Assembly: GCA_965203325.1 (NCBI GenBank)
Contig: OZ241875.1
Coordinates: forward strand, 4,032,001 to 4,096,000
DNA: 64,000 bases
Source of the DNA: a bacterium
GTDB taxonomy: Bacteria; UBA8248
Direction of reading: 5' to 3'
Position 1 is the stretch's first letter; each line of letters opens with the position of its first letter. Both the position numbers and the translations under genes were made by a program. Below the pieces are notes generated by a model. That model searched no databases. It was given only the letters and a program-made list of their open reading frames with translations, and had not been told where the DNA came from. Below are positions 38,670-50,908 of this stretch, piece by piece.

Positions 38670-39757
38670 GAGGACGGAAAATCAAACCGGCGCTCCTGGC
38701 CCTGGAGGACGGCAGAGTCTTCCGGGGCGCGGGTTTCGGGGCGGATGCGGACGCGGAAGGCGAACTCGTCTTCAACACGGCGATGACCGGCTACCAGGAG
38801 GTGCTCACCGACCCCTCCTACCGCGGCCAGATGGTGGTGATGACGTACCCCCACATCGGGAACTACGGCGTCATCCCGGGCGATGAGGAATCCCGCCGCG
38901 CCTGGGTCGAGGCCTTCATCGTGAAGGAAGTCTGCAGGCGCCACAGCAATTTCCGGGCGAACGAGGACCTGGATTCCTACCTCAAAAGACAGGGGGTTCC
39001 GGGTATCGAGGGTGTCGACACCCGCGCGCTCACGCGCCACATCAGGGAGGCGGGCGCGCTCAAGGCGATACTCTCCTCAACGGATCTGGACGAAGAAAAC
39101 CTTATCGCGCGCGCCAAGGCGAGTCCGGGGCTGGACGGGCGCGACATGGTGCGCGACGTCACCTGCGATGCCGCGCACGCATACGGCGAGCGCAAGGGCC
39201 GTCCGCTATGCGTGGCCTACGACCTGGGGGCCAAGGACAACATTTTCCGCGAACTGGGCCAAAGGTTCGATCTCGAAATCGTGCCTGCTTCGGAGACCGC
39301 CGAGAGCGTGCTGGCGAGAAAGCCCGCCGCCGTTTTCCTCTCGAACGGCCCCGGCGACCCGGCTGCGCTCGGCTACGTCGTCGAGAACGTGAAATCGATC
39401 ATGGGCCGGGTGCCCGTCGTGGGCATCTGTCTCGGGCACCAGATTCTCGCGCAGGCCCTGGGCGGGCGGACCTACAAGCTCAAGTTCGGCCACCACGGCG
39501 CAAACCATCCCGTGCAGGATTTGAGCACGAAAAAGGTGGACATCACCTCGCAGAACCACTCGTTCGCCGTCGACCCCGAGAGCCTGCCCGCAGGGGTGGC
39601 CGTTACGCATTCGTCTCTCAACGACAAGACTTGCGAGGGCCTCAAGTCCGAATCCCCCAAAGTGTTCAGCGTGCAGTACCACCCCGAGGCATGCCCCGGC
39701 CCGCACGATGCGGGCGTGCTGTTCGATGCGTTCTTCAGCTTCTGCGTGGGGGAATAA
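38666..39757 (+). CDS. carA: Carbamoyl-phosphate synthase small subunit
   Basis: GELVFNTAMTGYQE, SNGPGDP, GICLGHQ, QYHPEACPGP; ATG at 38666. Confidence 0.97.
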   Translation: MRGRKIKPALLALEDGRVFRGAGFGADADAEGELVFNTAMTGYQEVLTDPSYRGQMVVMTYPHIGNYGVIPGDEESRRAWVEAFIVKEVCRRHSNFRANEDLDSYLKRQGVPGIEGVDTRALTRHIREAGALKAILSSTDLDEENLIARAKASPGLDGRDMVRDVTCDAAHAYGERKGRPLCVAYDLGAKDNIFRELGQRFDLEIVPASETAESVLARKPAAVFLSNGPGDPAALGYVVENVKSIMGRVPVVGICLGHQILAQALGGRTYKLKFGHHGANHPVQDLSTKKVDITSQNHSFAVDPESLPAGVAVTHSSLNDKTCEGLKSESPKVFSVQYHPEACPGPHDAGVLFDAFFSFCVGE

Positions 39758-39812
39758 GGGTGCGCGCGGGGGATGCGAGTGAGGAACGAGTGTCCACGCC
39801 TTTTAAGTCGGC

Positions 39813-39923
39813 CAACCCCCCCTACCCCCCCTTGTCAGGGGGGTATAAAAAGGCGATGCGCCCTCGCCGGGCTGGGGGGGTTGTTTTTTCTTGCCCCCTG
39901 ACAAGGGGGGGTAGGGGGGGTTG
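39813..39923. repeat. Intact family A palindromic element between carA and carB
   Basis: CAACCCCCCCTACCCCCCCTTGTCAGGGGG...CCCCCTGACAAGGGGGGGTAGGGGGGGTTG. Confidence 0.85.
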
Positions 39924-40197
39924 CTCTTTTGACAAGGGGTTTTTCAACGGCCCCTTCTCAGGGGGTAAAAGCGATGCCTCCGACGGGGGCATTATCAACA
40001 GCCCCCTCAAAGGGGGAGTGGGAAAACCCAGGCAGCGGAGTGTGGTTTCGGAGAAGAAATATGAATTGACCGGCGAAAAGGAGTCGTCAACTGAAGTATA
40101 TCATTCCCGAAAATCGAGAGGCGCGGGGAGGTGATTTCATTAGCGGGAATTTGAAACGCCCTTTATATTTTCCTTTTTCAAGCGGGTGGCCTGATAC

Positions 40198-43449
<3,252 letters not shown>

Positions 43450-43524
43450 CGATTCCCATCTCTCAAGCCAGGGTGTAGAGTAGCGCTTTACCGATTCTGC
43501 TCTCACCTCGTGAGGCCACGGTTC

Positions 43525-43800
43525 ATGCTGCGACTCATTTTTTATCTGGTTTTGTCCTGGCTGATATATTATCTTATTCGTAGTCTCATCAGCGGTATCA
43601 CGGGTGCGGGACGGAAGAATCCCGAGGCCGAAGACGGCCTCGACGACGAGATGCTCAACTGCCCCGAGTGCGCGACGTTCTTCCCGTCGCGCATCGGGAT
43701 TACGAAGCGCGCGGGCGGCGGCAGGCGTTCGTTCTGCAGCGTGGCGTGCGCGGAGAAGTTCGCCGAGAGAGGCGGCCCGCCCGGGGCGGACGCCGACTGA
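43525..43800 (+). CDS. Small membrane protein with a CxxC...FCSxxC metal-binding (TRASH/PP0621-like) motif
   Basis: N-terminal TM; MLNCPECATFFP...FCSVAC. Confidence 0.7.
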   Translation: MLRLIFYLVLSWLIYYLIRSLISGITGAGRKNPEAEDGLDDEMLNCPECATFFPSRIGITKRAGGGRRSFCSVACAEKFAERGGPPGADAD

Positions 43801-43835
43801 ACCCGGGCGGATGCCGCAAAGACAGGAGAACCACG

Positions 43836-44570
43836 ATGTCGAGTGGAGCAACCGACCCCGGCGCGCGGGGTGAAGACGGGGCCACGGCCTTGCACCGTGC
43901 GATGATGGACGACGACGCCCTCGAAGTCGTGGGGGGTCTGCTCGAGGCCGGGGCCGAGGTGAACGCGCGGGACAATAGAGGATGGACGCCCCTGCACTGG
44001 GCGGCATGCTTCGTCGATAATTCGGCGGTGCTGACCGCCTTGACGCGGGCCGGTGCCGACCCGAACGCGCCGGATGAGAGAGGGGCGACTCCCCTCCACA
44101 CGGCGGTGGCGTTCAACGCGGCTCCTGTGATCGTGACGACTCTGCTGGACGCCGGCGCCGACCCGAATGCGGAGGGCATATTCGGATGGACGGCCCTGCA
44201 CGCGGCGGCGGCGTTCGGCGAAGCCTCGGACATCGTGGAGGTTCTGGTGCGGGCGGGCGCCCAGGTGAACACGCCGGACAGAAAGGGCCTGGCGCCGCTG
44301 CACTGGGCGGGGATGCGCAGTTCGGCCCCCGCCATCGTGAAGGCCCTGCTCGCGGCGGGCGCCAACCCCGACGTGCGCGACAAGCGCGTGCGAACCCCCC
44401 TCCACTACGCGGCGGCGAAAGACGGCGTCATCCTCTCGGTGGTCGAGGCCCTGCTCGACGCCGGCGCCGACCCCGGCGCGAAAGATTCCGAAGGCAAGAC
44501 CCCCCAAGAGGGCGTCAAGCCCGACTCGCCGTTTCGGGGGACGGAGGCGTATATGCGGTTGGGGGGGTAG
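43836..44570 (+). CDS. Ankyrin-repeat protein
   Basis: Six G-x-T-P/A-L-H...LL.AGADPNA-type repeats; ATG at 43836 after AGGAG. Confidence 0.9.
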   Translation: MSSGATDPGARGEDGATALHRAMMDDDALEVVGGLLEAGAEVNARDNRGWTPLHWAACFVDNSAVLTALTRAGADPNAPDERGATPLHTAVAFNAAPVIVTTLLDAGADPNAEGIFGWTALHAAAAFGEASDIVEVLVRAGAQVNTPDRKGLAPLHWAGMRSSAPAIVKALLAAGANPDVRDKRVRTPLHYAAAKDGVILSVVEALLDAGADPGAKDSEGKTPQEGVKPDSPFRGTEAYMRLGG

Positions 44571-44848
44571 GTCTTAGCAAAACTAAGATGAAATGCTCTT
44601 ATCCTCGGCTTTTTCTTCCCTTTCTGATGGAAATCTCGGAATGGAGTAAGACGTAGAAGGTGTTCGTATTGTCGAGTTGCGTGTACCCGAAGAATTTGAC
44701 TAAAGAGGTGATTTGCGGTGAGGGAGTGAACAAATTGTTTACATTGAGTCAAAAGAAAGGATGGAATTTATAAATATGATGATGTTGACAAACTCCAAAT
44801 ATCTGTGGAGTCCGCATCAGCAAATGGCAAATCGTTGATGGAGAAATC

Positions 44849-46480
44849 ATGACATCGGAAATGGGCGGAACCATCGAAAAATACTTGTTGAAAATACGAG
44901 AAATTACAACCAAATCAGGCACTTTTGCTTATCGTGGTCAAAGGAACTCTGAGTGGCTTCTGCATTCAGGCGCAACGCGAAGATTGATTAAAGATTATGG
45001 GGAAGCAGTGGTAAGTTATCCAGACTTTTCCAAAAGATATCTTGATTATCACGAAAAGATGCTGATAGACCCTGCTCGGACTCGTAGATTTGATTTTGAA
45101 GATGGACAAAAAATTTCAGATCTCCAACTACTTGCAAAACTACAGCATTTCGGAGCGGCTACAGGGCTGCTAGACTTTACATGGAGCGCCCTTGTCGCAT
45201 TATATTTTGCCAGCATATCGATTACTAACCCCCCAAATGATGGAAAATTATTTGTTGTTGATACGGACAACACTATAGACATAGCGAGTGTCCCAAGCGA
45301 TGAAAGGGAACAAAATTTACAGACTATTTTCTCGCGTGCGGATCAGTCTTCCCCACGCTTGTTGTATTGGGAGCCGATTTGGAGTGGCGAAGCAATGACG
45401 AGAATTCTACGGCAACGTAGTGTGTTTATTTTAGGTTGTCCATTAGTACCTGAAGGCGATCTCATAAAGGAGATATCAATAGCCAAAGAAGATAAAGCGT
45501 TATTACGCGAAGATTTGGCATTTCTTGATGTTACGAATTCTTCTTTATTCCAAGATATTTATGGTTTATCGCAAAATGAGAAAGCTCCACCGACTTCATC
45601 GCAACGATCTTCCACACAGGTGACCAAGCCAGAAGACTATCTGCGTCAGGGCAATCAGTTTTATCAGCAACGTGACTATTCCAAGGCAATCTCTAGTTAC
45701 AATCAGTGTATCGGTCTTTTACCGGAAGGTGTTAGTGAACTCTATTTCTTGCGGGGAAATGCGAAAGCAGAAATGAGAGACTATAGTGGAGCCAAACAGG
45801 ATTACGATTTAGCAGTTGTGCATAAAAAGAGGCCTTATCTGAATATTGCCCCGAATACGCAAATACTCGATAATCCTTGGCTTTGGATGACTTATTTCAA
45901 TCGCGCAAACATCAAGGTCCAATTGAAGGACTTTGAAGGGGCTTTGCAAGATTATAATGGAGCGCTTCCATTGAAACCGCAAGAGTGGCAGATGCCAGCA
46001 CTGTATTTTAACCGAGCAAATGCAAATGTAATATTGCATAAATTTAATGATGCCATGAAGGATTATGACGAGGCGGAAAAGTTCGGTGCCCCAGATGCTC
46101 TTTTTAACAAAGGAAATGTACTTGTAGTAATTGGGCGTTTTAAGGAAGCTTTTGAGCATTATGATAAAACTATCTCAGAGGGAATTGGAAATTCTAGCAT
46201 AGGGGTTGTGAACAATCGTAACGAAGTACTTGGAATAATCAATAAGATCGAAGGTGTAGAGGATAAGATTCATATTTCGCAAATTGGATTGCCTGGGGAG
46301 ATGCCATCAACAGTAGTCGAATTAGTGGATGACATTCGAGCGATAGAGCATTTTTCTTTCCATGGCAACGTAGGTAACACAGGAAATTTTGGGGGGAATA
46401 GACTTCCGGGTGGTAAAGGGTTTCCGGGAGGTCAAGGGTTTTCCGTTCAAATTTTGGGCAAAACCGACAAGGACAAGTAG
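44849..46480 (+). CDS. FRG-domain + TPR protein (AT-rich, probably horizontally acquired)
   Basis: FAYRGQ, LQHFGAATGLLDFT..ALYFA, RILRQRSVF; TPRs (YFLRGNAK, YFNRAN); Gly-rich tail. Confidence 0.85.
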   Translation: MTSEMGGTIEKYLLKIREITTKSGTFAYRGQRNSEWLLHSGATRRLIKDYGEAVVSYPDFSKRYLDYHEKMLIDPARTRRFDFEDGQKISDLQLLAKLQHFGAATGLLDFTWSALVALYFASISITNPPNDGKLFVVDTDNTIDIASVPSDEREQNLQTIFSRADQSSPRLLYWEPIWSGEAMTRILRQRSVFILGCPLVPEGDLIKEISIAKEDKALLREDLAFLDVTNSSLFQDIYGLSQNEKAPPTSSQRSSTQVTKPEDYLRQGNQFYQQRDYSKAISSYNQCIGLLPEGVSELYFLRGNAKAEMRDYSGAKQDYDLAVVHKKRPYLNIAPNTQILDNPWLWMTYFNRANIKVQLKDFEGALQDYNGALPLKPQEWQMPALYFNRANANVILHKFNDAMKDYDEAEKFGAPDALFNKGNVLVVIGRFKEAFEHYDKTISEGIGNSSIGVVNNRNEVLGIINKIEGVEDKIHISQIGLPGEMPSTVVELVDDIRAIEHFSFHGNVGNTGNFGGNRLPGGKGFPGGQGFSVQILGKTDKDK

Positions 46481-46588
46481 ATGCCCCACTTATCAACTGT
46501 CCGCATAAAACAACATAGGGCCTTTCATGAATGATGAGGCGTACTCCTATAAAACCTTGCCTACCCGCTTAAAGATGTTCAAAACGGC

Positions 46589-46733
46589 CGTCATTCCGGC
46601 GCATGCCGGAATCCAGTGTTTTCGTTTTTCGCCTTTTGCTTTTCCTGCTTTCTTTCCTCATCAATGAGGGAATGAAAACTCCCGGGATATCTGCTCGCCT
46701 TGGTTCTGGATTCCGGCTTTCGCCGGAATGACG
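46589..46733. repeat. Palindromic element, family D
   Basis: CGTCATTCCGGCGCATGCCGGAATCCAG...CTGGATTCCGGCTTTCGCCGGAATGACG; fragments at ~47291-47342, 48897-48916, 49356-49381. Confidence 0.8.
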
Positions 46734-46748
46734 AACGAAACCACACCG

Positions 46749-47140
46749 CCTCATCCTGAGTAGCGGCGAAGCCGCGTATCGAAGGATGCCCTCTCGCCAC
46801 GGCGCGAGTCCCTCGCCCTTCGATACAAACGCTCCTTTCTCAGTCGCGTTTTACCTTCGGCGGCTACTCAGGGTGAGGAAAGAGCCGTCGGCGGTTTCCA
46901 GAGGACGCATACAGGGCTTTTTCAACAGCTCCTTGAGGGTCGGGTTTCCCGAGGAAAAAGCGAGACGAAGAGGCCGAGTCCACTGGACGAAGGCCGATTC
47001 GGTGGGGGTATATGCCACAGAAAAAACTCCCCCCACCGATTCGGTTTCGGGTTTACACCCTCACCTCATCGACTCCCCCTCAAGGGGGGAGTGAATTTCC
47101 CCTCTTCTTGGGTAGAAATGACCTCCAAGGGGGGAGTGAT
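46749..47140. repeat. Cluster of family C and family B palindromic elements
   Basis: Family C at 46749-46878; GGGCTTTTTCAACAGC end motif at ~46913-46929; family B at 46931-47094 plus a half copy at ~47120-47140. Confidence 0.75.
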
Positions 47141-47151
47141 TCCAACAAGGT

Positions 47152-47280
47152 CTTCCTGCAAGCCGTCAGGAGGAACGCCGAGCGCTTCCCTGCGGATTTC
47201 ATGTTTCAGCTTACGAACCCCGAATACGACGACTTGAGGTCACAAATTGTGACCTCAAGTTGGGGCGGCAGGCGCTATCT
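47152..47280 (+). pseudogene. Internal fragment of an ORF6N gene (near-duplicate of ~47735-47860)
   Basis: [40 protein letters not shown] with no start and no C-terminus; bounded by repeats. Confidence 0.85.
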
Positions 47281-47595
47281 TTCTCATCCGCCTGGATTCC
47301 TCAATCCCCTATTCTTCAATCGGGATTGACACCGGAATGACGACAAAGCGGCGATGCCAAGGCGGGCGGACACACTCGAACTCCCCCTCCTCGGGGAAGT
47401 TAGACACCCCTACAAAAAATTCTCTTCACCAGTCGGGGATTTAACCACGCTGAAATCGCCTTGCTCCATGGAGGCGATTGGCGTAGTCTGCTCGCACCGA
47501 TTCCATGAGGACCCTCGCCATGTCGAGCCCAAAAGGGCCGTGACGGAGGGGGTGTCGGTTCGCCGCCGTTACTGACGACCTGAAGGGATCGGAGT

Positions 47596-48141
47596 GTGGG
47601 AACCAGGAAAAAGAACGACGCCTCTCCATCCGCGCCTGTGAAGCGTATCGCGCGGTCCATCCATCTCATCCGCGATCAAAAAGTCATGCTGGATGCCGAC
47701 TTGGCCGCTCTCTACGGCGTCGATACCAGGACACTCGTGCAGGCCGTCAGGAGAAACATCGAGCGCTTCCCTGCGGATTTCATGTTTCAGCTTACGAAAC
47801 CCGAATACGACGACTTGAGATCACAAATTGTGATCTCAAGTTGGGGCGGCAGGCGTTACCCGCCTTATGCCTTCACCGAACAGGGGGTCGCCATGCTCTC
47901 AAGCGTTCTTCGCAGCGAGCGGGCGATTCGGGTAAACATCGAGATCATGCGCGCCTTCGTGGAGTTGCGGCGGATGCAGGCGAGCCATGCCGATCTCGCG
48001 CGCAAGCTCTCCGCTCTGGAGAAGAAATATGACAAGCAGTTCAAGGTCGTTTTCGAAGCCATCCGGGGACTCATGGCCCCGCCCGAGCTGGAGAAAAAAG
48101 GCAGAATCGGGTTTTCCCCCTCAAGCGGCAAGCGGAAATGA
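47596..48141 (+). CDS. ORF6N (KilA-N-related) DNA-binding domain protein
   Basis: [54 protein letters not shown]. Confidence 0.92.
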   Translation: MGTRKKNDASPSAPVKRIARSIHLIRDQKVMLDADLAALYGVDTRTLVQAVRRNIERFPADFMFQLTKPEYDDLRSQIVISSWGGRRYPPYAFTEQGVAMLSSVLRSERAIRVNIEIMRAFVELRRMQASHADLARKLSALEKKYDKQFKVVFEAIRGLMAPPELEKKGRIGFSPSSGKRK

Positions 48142-48383
48142 AGCGGCCTACCGGGAAATCGCGCTTGCTCAAGGGAGGTATCCGCCACCTAGAGCGCCAG
48201 GCGGCGGAGGACGAGGCTCGCCTGCAGGCCTTGCGCGAGGCCGCCGCTGTTGGGATCGCCGACATCAAGGAGGGGCGGTTCCGAACTTTCGACACGAGGG
48301 AATCGCTTCGCAGGCATCTCTCACGACTGGCCGAGGGCGCCGTCTCAGACCCACCCGCCGGGGGTAGGGCCGATCATGAATAG
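48138..48383 (+). pseudogene. ParD-type antitoxin lacking its N-terminal RHH (5'-truncated)
   Basis: GIRHLERQAAEDEARLQALREAAAVGIADIKEGRF resembles the C-terminal half of ParD; the NVSL...SGRY.SASEV N-terminus is absent. Confidence 0.6.
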
Positions 48384-48419
48384 CGGGCAGGCACAGGGGC
48401 CTGCCCCTACGCAATGTCC

Positions 48420-48472
48420 TTCGTCTGTAAAACGACGGGCCGCATGACGTGGAGATTGTGGACTACCATTGA
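48420..48472 (+). pseudogene. C-terminal remnant of a HigB toxin
   Basis: ...NDGPHDVEIVDYH* (stop 48470-48472), the typical HigB C-terminus, directly before higA. Confidence 0.8.
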
Positions 48473-48483
48473 GGAGCGCGGGA

Positions 48484-48789
48484 ATGAACGCGAAGAACAA
48501 AATGAGGCCGGTGCATCCGGGCGAGATACTGCGCGAGGAACTCGATGCGCTGGAACTCTCGGCCAATGCGCTCTCGAAGGCGCTCGGCGTGCCCGTGAAC
48601 CGGGTCACGACGATACTGAACGGCCGGCGGGGCGTGAGCGCGGACACGGCGCTGCGCCTAGCGCGGTATTTCGGAACCACCCCCGAACTATGGATGAACC
48701 TGCAGAAGACCTGGGAGCTTCGCCGGGCCGAGGCCGCGCAGGGACGCCAGATCGCCAAGCGGGTGAAGCCGCGCGAAACGGCGGCTTAA
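48484..48789 (+). CDS. higA: HigA family addiction-module antitoxin (HTH)
   Basis: MRPVHPGEILREE...ALRLARYFGTTPELWMNLQ. Confidence 0.93.
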   Translation: MNAKNKMRPVHPGEILREELDALELSANALSKALGVPVNRVTTILNGRRGVSADTALRLARYFGTTPELWMNLQKTWELRRAEAAQGRQIAKRVKPRETAA

Positions 48790-48950
48790 GGAAGCGGCCC
48801 GGCACGGGCTCGTTCACGAATGGCTTGGCAAGCACGGGGCCTACCCCTACGGAAGTTCATTTCCTGCCAGGTCGCTTAACTATGTTCGCAGAGAGCCGTC
48901 ATTCCGGCGGATGACGGCGAGCCATACGGAGCACGCGTGACATGAAACCT

Positions 48951-48978
48951 TTGCGCGTATACCCATTCTTGGTATACT
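48951..48978 (+). promoter_or_regulatory. Promoter and palindromic operator of parD
   Basis: TTGCGC...TATACT overlapped by the inverted repeat GTATACC-N7-GGTATAC (48957-48977). Confidence 0.6.
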
Positions 48979-48999
48979 GACTGTGAAGGGGGTATCATC

Positions 49000-49236
49000 A
49001 TGCCGCGCAATACGTCGTTTTCACTCGGGGAGCATTTCGTGGGTTTCATCGAAGAGCGCGTTGCATCGGGCCGCTACAACTCGGCCAGCGACGTGGTGCG
49101 CGCCGGGCTGCGCCTGCTCGAAGAGCACGAAGCCAGGGTGAATGCCCTGCGCGATGCGCTCATCGAAGGCGAGGCGTCCGGCCAGGCGACGCCTTTTGAT
49201 TTCGATGCTTTCATCGCCGGCAAGAAAACCCCCTGA
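49000..49236 (+). CDS. parD: ParD family antitoxin (RHH)
   Basis: MPRNTSFSLGEHF...VASGRYNSASDVVRAGLRLLEE...LIEGEASG...FDFDAF. Confidence 0.92.
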   Translation: MPRNTSFSLGEHFVGFIEERVASGRYNSASDVVRAGLRLLEEHEARVNALRDALIEGEASGQATPFDFDAFIAGKKTP

Positions 49237-49241
49237 GCAGG

Positions 49242-49276
49242 ATGGGAAGCTATGCTTTAACGCCGGCGGCGCAGAC
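49242..49276 (+). pseudogene. N-terminal remnant of a ParE toxin
   Basis: ATG 5 nt after the parD stop encodes MGSYALTPAAQ (ParE-like Y.LTP.A..D), then runs into a REP hairpin. Confidence 0.7.
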
Positions 49277-49521
49277 ACTTAGGTCCGTCCCTACGAACAT
49301 TTATTTTCTGCCAAGCCGCTTTGCCAAGTCGCTTCACTATGTTCGCAAAGAGCCTTCATTCCGGCGAAAGGCGGGATGACGAGCAAAATCCCAAGCCGAG
49401 AAATCGCTCCCTCCCCGCTGGCCCTCTCTCAACTCGAAAACCAACCCCCCCTACCCCCCCTTGTCAGGGGGGTATAAAAAGGCGACGCCCGCCGCCGGTA
49501 GAGGGGCTTTTGTTTTTCTTG

Positions 49522-50908
49522 GAGTTACGCTCAAAACTTGTGTATGGGCTGAATTGAAGAAGGCGGCGCATCCTGCTGAAATAGGGTTTGCCAAATAGCC
49601 CGGTCATTCAGCACAAGGAGATGCGCCACCATGAGAGAAGATACGACGATTCCCATGAAGAATCCAGCCCTACGGGACGAGTTGAGCGAACTGTTGCGCG
49701 CGGGCGCGCGACGAATCATCCGCCAGGCGGTGGAAGCGGAGTTGGCGGCGTTTCTCGAAGAATATGCGGGCGATCGTGACGCGCAGGGCCGCCGCGCGGT
49801 GGTTCGCAACGGGTATCTGCCGTCGCGGGAGGTGTTGACGGGAGTGGGTCCGGTGCGTGTCCAGGTGCCCCGGACGCGGGACAGGTCGGGGTCGGGGCGG
49901 CGTTTCCGCTCGGAGTTGCTGCCGCCGTATCTGCGCAAGACGCGGCGCGTGGAAGCGGTGATACCGTGGCTGTACCTGAAGGGGGTATCGACGAACGACT
50001 TCGGCGAGGCGCTCACGGCGCTGTTCGGCGAGTCGGTGGGGGGCTTGTCCCCGGCGAGCGTCTCGCGGCTCAAGGAGGGCTGGGAGCGCGAGTACGCGCA
50101 GTGGCGCGAGCGGGCGTGGCACGGGGAGGAGTTCGCGTATCTGTGGGCGGACGGCATCTACGTGAACGTTCGCAGCGGGGAGCGGCGCTGCCTTCTGGTG
50201 GTCGTGGGCTGCGACGCGCGAGGCCGCAAGCGCTTCCTGGCCCTGGAGGCGGGGTTCCGTGAATCGAAGGAGAGCTGGAAGGCGGTTTTGTTGCGCCTGC
50301 GGGAGCGGGGCGTGAAGGCGGCGAAGCTCGCCGTGGGCGACGGGGGGCTGGGGTTGTGGTCGGCGCTGGCCGAGGTGTACCCCGGGACCCGGGCGCAGCG
50401 CTGCTGGGTGCACAAGACGGCGAACGTTCTCGACAAGCTGCCCAAGAGCGCTCAGGTCGAAGCGAGGCCGATGCTGTATGAGATGTGGAGGGCGGAGACC
50501 CGCGCGCATGCGGAGAAGGCGTTCGAACGCTTTCTCGCCACCTGGGAGGCGAAGTATCCCAAGGCCGCCGCGTGCCTGTCGAGGGACCGCGAGGAGTTGT
50601 TCGCCTTCTACGACTTCCCGGCGGCGCACTGGCGGAGCATTCGGACGACGAACCCGATCGAGTCGACCTTCGCCACGATCCGGCTGCGAACGGCGAAGAC
50701 GAGGAACTGCCTGAGCGAGAAGACGGCGCTGAGCCTGATTCACCAACTCGCCATGAGCGCCGAGAAGCGATGGGGGCGGCTGGGCGGCTTGCGCCAGCTG
50801 GCCGACGTGATCACCGACGTGAGGTTCATCGATGGGATGAACGAAAAACAAACCGGCAGGGAGGCCGCTGAACTCAAGACGGCCATACACAACATTTGAC
50901 AGTAACTC
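49522..50908 (+). mobile_element. IS256-family insertion sequence
   Basis: 26-bp imperfect TIRs (49522-49547 and 50883-50908, 22/26 match); 9-bp TSD TTTTTCTTG at 49513-49521 and 50909-50917. Confidence 0.95.
49631..50899 (+). CDS. IS256 family transposase
   Basis: VRNGY, PRTRDR, LYLKGVST, YLWADG, VGDG, QRCWVHK, RTTNPIES. Confidence 0.96.
   Translation: MREDTTIPMKNPALRDELSELLRAGARRIIRQAVEAELAAFLEEYAGDRDAQGRRAVVRNGYLPSREVLTGVGPVRVQVPRTRDRSGSGRRFRSELLPPYLRKTRRVEAVIPWLYLKGVSTNDFGEALTALFGESVGGLSPASVSRLKEGWEREYAQWRERAWHGEEFAYLWADGIYVNVRSGERRCLLVVVGCDARGRKRFLALEAGFRESKESWKAVLLRLRERGVKAAKLAVGDGGLGLWSALAEVYPGTRAQRCWVHKTANVLDKLPKSAQVEARPMLYEMWRAETRAHAEKAFERFLATWEAKYPKAAACLSRDREELFAFYDFPAAHWRSIRTTNPIESTFATIRLRTAKTRNCLSEKTALSLIHQLAMSAEKRWGRLGGLRQLADVITDVRFIDGMNEKQTGREAAELKTAIHNI

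Noticed and set aside
47152..47860. ORF6N near-duplicate as a DGR template/variable repeat pair
   Set aside because: Differences include C/T changes and are not confined to adenines of one copy; no reverse transcriptase in the window.
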